From IMG/VR virus record IMGVR_UViG_3300010371_000035: a stretch of 64,000 bases of DNA, one strand, 5' to 3'. Below, one piece after another: positions 59,492-64,000 of the stretch (the stretch's first letter is position 1; each line of letters begins with the position of its first letter). The notes under the pieces were generated by a model, which saw only the letters and a program-made list of their open reading frames with translations, was not told the DNA's origin and did no database searches. The DNA is from an uncultured virus (IMG/VR IMGVR_UViG_3300010371_000035). Taxonomy: Duplodnaviria; Heunggongvirae; Uroviricota; Caudoviricetes. A program made the translations under genes and the position numbers.

Positions 59492-59865
59492 CGCTCTTCT
59501 CTCCCGTAATCGAATCTAGATAGGTAGACGATGCGAGTCTCTCGCCTGAGTTCAAGATCAGCCCGCAGTTTCGTCTCCTGCATCAACCCGCGATTGATAT
59601 CATCGACGTAGTATTCATCATTGGTCGTCTTGGCGAACTCCAAGCTGGTGCCGCAGCCCCAGCAATGAGCGGCTTCCTTGATTAGGTTTTGCTTCCCGCA
59701 CAAACAGACCCTAAGAACGAACCGACATTTTGGACTGTACCGCGACATTTCCATTCGGACATGGACAATGTCGTTGACGTTGATGGGCATGGTGTTCTCC
59801 TCCTTGTAGAAAAAGTGCTCCCCCGGCGCCTGCGAAAGGATGGCCCCCATTCGACCATCCCACAC
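59488..59865 (-). CDS. Zinc-ribbon protein (likely start at MPINV)
   Basis: CLCG..N.....HCWGCGTSLEF; AGGAGG RBS before MPINV. Confidence 0.6.
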   Translation of the reverse strand: MWDGRMGAILSQAPGEHFFYKEENTMPINVNDIVHVRMEMSRYSPKCRFVLRVCLCGKQNLIKEAAHCWGCGTSLEFAKTTNDEYYVDDINRGLMQETKLRADLELRRETRIVYLSRFDYGREER

Positions 59866-59930
59866 CGGGGGAGCTAGACCGTGGTTCGGGTCACCTGCAC
59901 AGGACAGGCTTCTATGCCACGGCCGTCTCG

Positions 59931-60707
59931 TTACCTACGCCAGTTGGGATGGCGGAAGTAATCGCTCACATTATTGAGGCCGGGGTCGGAGGCATAGCCG
60001 GACGAGCCGCCAGCATTACCACTCCCACCAGAAGCGCCAGCAGAGCCGCCGCTTCCCGACCCGCTACTGCCACCGCCGCCCGAAGATGATCCGGATCCAG
60101 CCCCACCTGAGCCACCACCTCCGGATCCGCCACCCCCAGACGAGCCTGAACCGCCAGAACCTCCCGAGCCGGAACCACCAGAGCCTCCGCCAGATCCTCC
60201 AGAGCCTCCTGAGCCGCCTCCCGAGCCTCCGGACCCACCGCCCGATCCTCCGCCAGATCCGCCAGAACCCCCGCCAGACCCGCCGCCACTCCCACCGCCA
60301 GAACCACCACCGGACCCGCCGGACCCACCGCCGCCGCCAGATCCACCGCCACCACCGGACCCGCCTCCGCCAGAACCCCCACCGCCCCCGGAGCCGCCAC
60401 CGCCACCAGATCCGCCACCGCCTGATCCACCACCACCAGAGCCACCACCTGAACCTCCACCGCCAGAGCCACTACCGCCGGAGCCACCGCCCCCGCCAGA
60501 ACCACCTCCACCGCCGCCGGATCCGCCCCCGGAGCCACCGCCTCCGGAACCGCTGCCGCCACCGGAACCTCCGCCACCGCCACTACCGGAACCTCCGGAG
60601 CCACCGCCTCCCCCACCACCATGCGCGGAAGCGCTGGCAACGGAGAGAAGACCGGCGGCTGTGCCGCTTAGGAGAAGTGCGAGAAACCTACGCTTGGTCG
60701 TTGTCAT
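59931..60707 (-). CDS. Exported Gly/Ser low-complexity protein with twin-arginine-like signal
   Basis: KRRFL + hydrophobic stretch + ASA; about 210 aa of (GGS)n with varied synonymous codons. Confidence 0.8.
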   Translation of the reverse strand: MTTTKRRFLALLLSGTAAGLLSVASASAHGGGGGGGSGGSGSGGGGGSGGGSGSGGGGSGGGSGGGGGGSGGGGGSGGSGSGGGGSGGGSGGGGSGGGGSGGGGGSGGGGGSGGGGSGGGGGSGGGGGSGGSGGGSGGGSGGGSGGGSGGSGGGSGGGSGGSGGGSGGSGGSGGGSGGSGSGGSGGSGSSGGGGSGGGGSGGAGSGSSSGGGGSSGSGSGGSAGASGGSGNAGGSSGYASDPGLNNVSDYFRHPNWRR

Positions 60708-60736
60708 GTTTTGCTCCAAACCTCATCTGGTTGATG

Positions 60737-61093
60737 TTAATATGCCACTCGGCCTCTGGAATATGGATGCCAGTCCCCAGCAACCACGTGACATCTCTCG
60801 TGATGGATAATGTCATCTCGCACCCAACCCCTCAGGTTTTCGTCGATCATGATGACCTTACCGCCCCACGTGAGCCCGTAGAGCCGCCCGTTGATATGAC
60901 GCGCGGCTGCAAGTCGATCCATGTCGGCCCTGGAAACAGGGACGACCGGGATTTTGATGTAGCTTAAGTCTTTCTGGCAAGCCACAGGGTAGTGGTTTCC
61001 CAGAACATCTGTCGCCGCGTAGTAGTCCGGAGTGTTGCTGCAAGCGCTGAGCACTGCAGCAAGCCCTATGAATAGGATTTTCACGGCGACCAT
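60737..61093 (-). CDS. Lipoprotein with HExxH metallopeptidase-like motif
   Basis: LSAC lipobox; IIHHERCH. Confidence 0.6.
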   Translation of the reverse strand: MVAVKILFIGLAAVLSACSNTPDYYAATDVLGNHYPVACQKDLSYIKIPVVPVSRADMDRLAAARHINGRLYGLTWGGKVIMIDENLRGWVRDDIIHHERCHVVAGDWHPYSRGRVAY

Positions 61094-61490
61094 CCGAAGA
61101 GGATATTCGCCCATAGCACTCCTGCGAACAGCAGAATCGCCAGTGTCGTTCCACAATGGAACAAGGTATAGTCTCGCATAGCCAGCCTTACTCTCCCAAT
61201 GCACCCTAACCGGGCATGCCTTAACTATGCCACAAGCAACAGGGGAACAATAGCTGAACTTTACAGGAGGCAGGCCATGTTCCGATATCGCCAAGTAGAG
61301 TTCGACAATGGAGCGACGGTGTTTCTAAGACCCCAAGACCATGACCGCCAGATAGGACTTCTACTGCAGAAGATGACTACGGAAAATCTGGTGCTTGACA
61401 TTACGGTCGAGAAGGCTGCCGCCTGGGACTATGCTGTGAATCTATATCACATGCCTGTGATGGGATCTGCTTAACACAGAAGGAGACAAA

Positions 61491-62639
61491 ATGGCACCTC
61501 CGTATAAGTTGATAGACGTTGCGACCGGTCAGGTCGTCCAGACCGATGGCCAGAGTTGGGACAACATGGACACTCAGCCTGGGAATACGATCGAGGTCTA
61601 TTCTGGAACCGTGACCGGCGGACCCAACGCTCGCATCAGCCCCGGCGAAATCATTCGTCCGCCCAACACCGACCCGGATCCCGGTCCAGGCCCCGATCCC
61701 ACCCCGCCATCAGGAGCAGACATGGATTATCCTCTGAACGAGACCCAGCTTGCGCAGTTCCTCCAGAGCTATGCCAACAACGGCATCATCGGTCAGCTCG
61801 ATCCTCGGACCAAGGTTACTGTGACCAAGACCATTACCATCAAGCAGAGCAACAACGGTGCAGGGAGCCCGTGGGGCGTTGATGGGAACGGCGCGAAGAT
61901 CACGTGGGGTGGTGCTGCTGGACAAGACATGCTCCAATACGTCGGCGTTCAAGGCGTGAACAATCGTGGCTTGACGGTCCGTGGGTTGTTCATGGACGGC
62001 AATGGATATGCCGGTGGAGCAGCCGGTGCTTGCCTCAAACTGTCCGCACCGCTGGGTGACAGCGGTCCGATCTACGAGTTCCTGATCGAGGACGTCTACA
62101 CTGTCTATGCCACCAACGGACTCTTCCTCGAAGGCGGTGTCTACGAAGGCATGTGCCTCAACGTGCATGCGCAGAACCACAATGCTGATGGAATCTTTAT
62201 GCAGAACCTGTCCAATGGGGCAGTCGTCAGCAATGTGTCGCTCCTGCATCCGAACTGCTCGCGGAACTTCGGTGCCGGGATCCATTCGGTCTACTCCTGT
62301 GACATCAAGTTTGGTTCCTTCGTGCTGAATGCTCTAGGCGGCGTGGTGGCTCCAGCCGGTCTGCGGTCGGCCAGCCAGTGCAACGGCGAGAACACTGGCG
62401 AAGCGGTCTTCGTGGTCGGATCCAAGGGCGGATATGGCTGCGCTATCAGCTCTTGCGAAGCTTCTTCGGACGGCCAGACGGTCTGTCGCAAGTTCCAGAA
62501 CGGTGTATGGGTGAGCCTCGGCAAGCCCGAGCTCTATCTGATCAACTGGAGCGACGGATCGGGTACGGGCACCGTTCAGCAGATGAACCATTGCTCCTAC
62601 TATGGATCAGGGACCAATCCAATGCGAGTTGTGAAATGA
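61491..62639 (+). CDS. Right-handed beta-helix (pectate-lyase-like) protein, putative depolymerase
   Basis: DGNGAKI, TVRGLFMDGNG, Asn/Gly ladder repeats; PDPGPGPDPTP linker; AAGGAG RBS. Confidence 0.75.
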   Translation: MAPPYKLIDVATGQVVQTDGQSWDNMDTQPGNTIEVYSGTVTGGPNARISPGEIIRPPNTDPDPGPGPDPTPPSGADMDYPLNETQLAQFLQSYANNGIIGQLDPRTKVTVTKTITIKQSNNGAGSPWGVDGNGAKITWGGAAGQDMLQYVGVQGVNNRGLTVRGLFMDGNGYAGGAAGACLKLSAPLGDSGPIYEFLIEDVYTVYATNGLFLEGGVYEGMCLNVHAQNHNADGIFMQNLSNGAVVSNVSLLHPNCSRNFGAGIHSVYSCDIKFGSFVLNALGGVVAPAGLRSASQCNGENTGEAVFVVGSKGGYGCAISSCEASSDGQTVCRKFQNGVWVSLGKPELYLINWSDGSGTGTVQQMNHCSYYGSGTNPMRVVK

Positions 62640-62641
62640 AA

Positions 62642-63064
62642 ATGGCTCGGAACGAAGCGCCGTATCCGGAGATTCTCCAAGAGCTCGTGAAACGGCTCAG
62701 CTATCGGAAGTGGCGCTTCACCCTCGGCCATATCGACCGCGGACAAGGTTCGGAAGGCTTGACCTTGATCATCACCACGGTTGGATATGACAGCTACAAC
62801 CCGGAAGATGGCGAGAACTACCGGGTGAATCACTACATGCCGGTACCTCCAGCGGCCTACAACGAACAGAGCTGGCGGCGTTGGCTCTTCGAGCAATGTC
62901 TGCTCGTCGAGAGACACGAGTGCTGTGAGTTCTTCAAGATCGATGGGAAGCGGCCCTATGCTCCCCACCACGGACCGGGCAACGACCCCTATATCGTCTT
63001 CGAACGCGGAAGCGACGAAGAGGCTAGGACCATGTATACTGGTGAGGTCCGCCCAAAGACGTAA
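62642..63064 (+). CDS. Conserved phage hypothetical protein
   Basis: WLF...L.VE.HE..EFF..DG.RP.APHH motif. Confidence 0.65.
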   Translation: MARNEAPYPEILQELVKRLSYRKWRFTLGHIDRGQGSEGLTLIITTVGYDSYNPEDGENYRVNHYMPVPPAAYNEQSWRRWLFEQCLLVERHECCEFFKIDGKRPYAPHHGPGNDPYIVFERGSDEEARTMYTGEVRPKT

Positions 63065-63165
63065 CCCAGGAGGCGATCATGTAGTTCCAACAAAGGAGGC
63101 CAATCCTGTTTCAGTTTCTCATCCTGTTACGATACCTCAAGAACATCCTTGCAAAGGTGAATAAA

Positions 63166-63408
63166 ATGGCTGGTGAACTTCAGGCACTTCAGAACGAAGT
63201 GGCGAACAACAACTCCGTTACCCAGAGCGCGGTGACCCTCCTGCAGGGCCTCAAGGCGGCTCTCGATGCGGCGATTGCGTCCGGCGACATGTCCCAGGTC
63301 CAGGCGCTGTCTGATCAACTGGCGTCTCAGGATCAGGCGCTCGCCGCTGCGGTGACCGCGAATACTCCGACCCCGCCGGAGCCCCCGGCTCCGCAGGGCC
63401 GTCGCTAG
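63166..63408 (+). CDS. Small coiled-coil protein
   Basis: Heptad pattern ending AAAVTANTP; biased codon usage. Confidence 0.65.
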   Translation: MAGELQALQNEVANNNSVTQSAVTLLQGLKAALDAAIASGDMSQVQALSDQLASQDQALAAAVTANTPTPPEPPAPQGRR

Positions 63409-64000
63409 TTCGATGAAGTGACGTAGGGGGAGGGGGCAGTGCTCCTTCCCTTTACGTTCGTCTTTAGAACGCAAAGCGATAGGAAGATCCCAATCGCCAT
63501 GCCGAGTAGGAGCATCCGAAAAGGCATCACAGATTCCCTTCTACCAGATAATAGGTCATCATATCCGAGATTCGGATAAGGACCATGCCGATGAGAACAC
63601 CGGCGGCGAAGGTGACAATCATCCATTTCCAGGAGAACATGGCTACCTCCGGTTCCGAAATATTCTGGAAAACCGAAACCAAAATCGGAGCCAGCGTGGT
63701 GTCTCGATCCACATAGTGCCGACATGGCCGTAGTGCGGATCTCCTGTCATTCTTCTAGCCTTGAAACATCCGGTGAACTTGGTGTAATCACATTGTTCCG
63801 GCTTACCGCCGCCACAGTAGATGCAATGTTTCATCGTTGCCTCCTGGTAGAAAAAGACCGGTCGCGCGATCACCCGGCTGAGGTTGGATCGCCACCGGCT
63901 CTCGTCTTTGGGGAAAACGAGCCTCACTGCAGGAACCTTCGGGGGTGGGACTGTCAGGGTCCCTGCAGCACGTTCTAAATTGATAAAAGAAAGACGGAGA

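Noticed and set aside
59966..60967. ORFs 59966-60640 (-) and 60086-60967 (+)
   Set aside because: Alternate-frame and antisense products of the Gly/Ser repeat.

Overview
This window is part of a tailed dsDNA bacteriophage genome with a contractile (myovirus-type) tail; no integrase or host genes are visible. Layout: (1) 2-17.3 kb, + strand virion module (major capsid, neck, tail sheath split by a 1-nt frameshift, tube, chaperone, tape measure with a lysozyme-like domain, baseplate, fibre). (2) 17.7-44.3 kb, - strand small early genes, SNF2 helicase, a thymidine-hypermodification cluster, family A DNA polymerase, SSB and a Cas4-like nuclease. (3) 44.4-52.5 kb, + strand primase-helicase, exonuclease, origin-like repeats and terminase. 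(4) 52.5-64 kb, accessory genes, a lysis cassette and exported proteins. Three items stand out. First, a ~250-nt structured non-coding RNA containing a circularly permuted tRNA cloverleaf (3' half with CCA before 5' half, no anticodon loop) lies directly behind a 256-aa gene of unknown function. Second, a 5-hmdU pathway has a 5-hmdU DNA kinase, two GT-A glycosyltransferases, a kinase and a nucleotidyltransferase but no recognisable amino-acid:DNA transferase, suggesting a sugar-modified thymidine. Third, the terminase large subunit carries a second, apparently inactivated nuclease domain. All family assignments come from reading motifs by eye; no searches were run.
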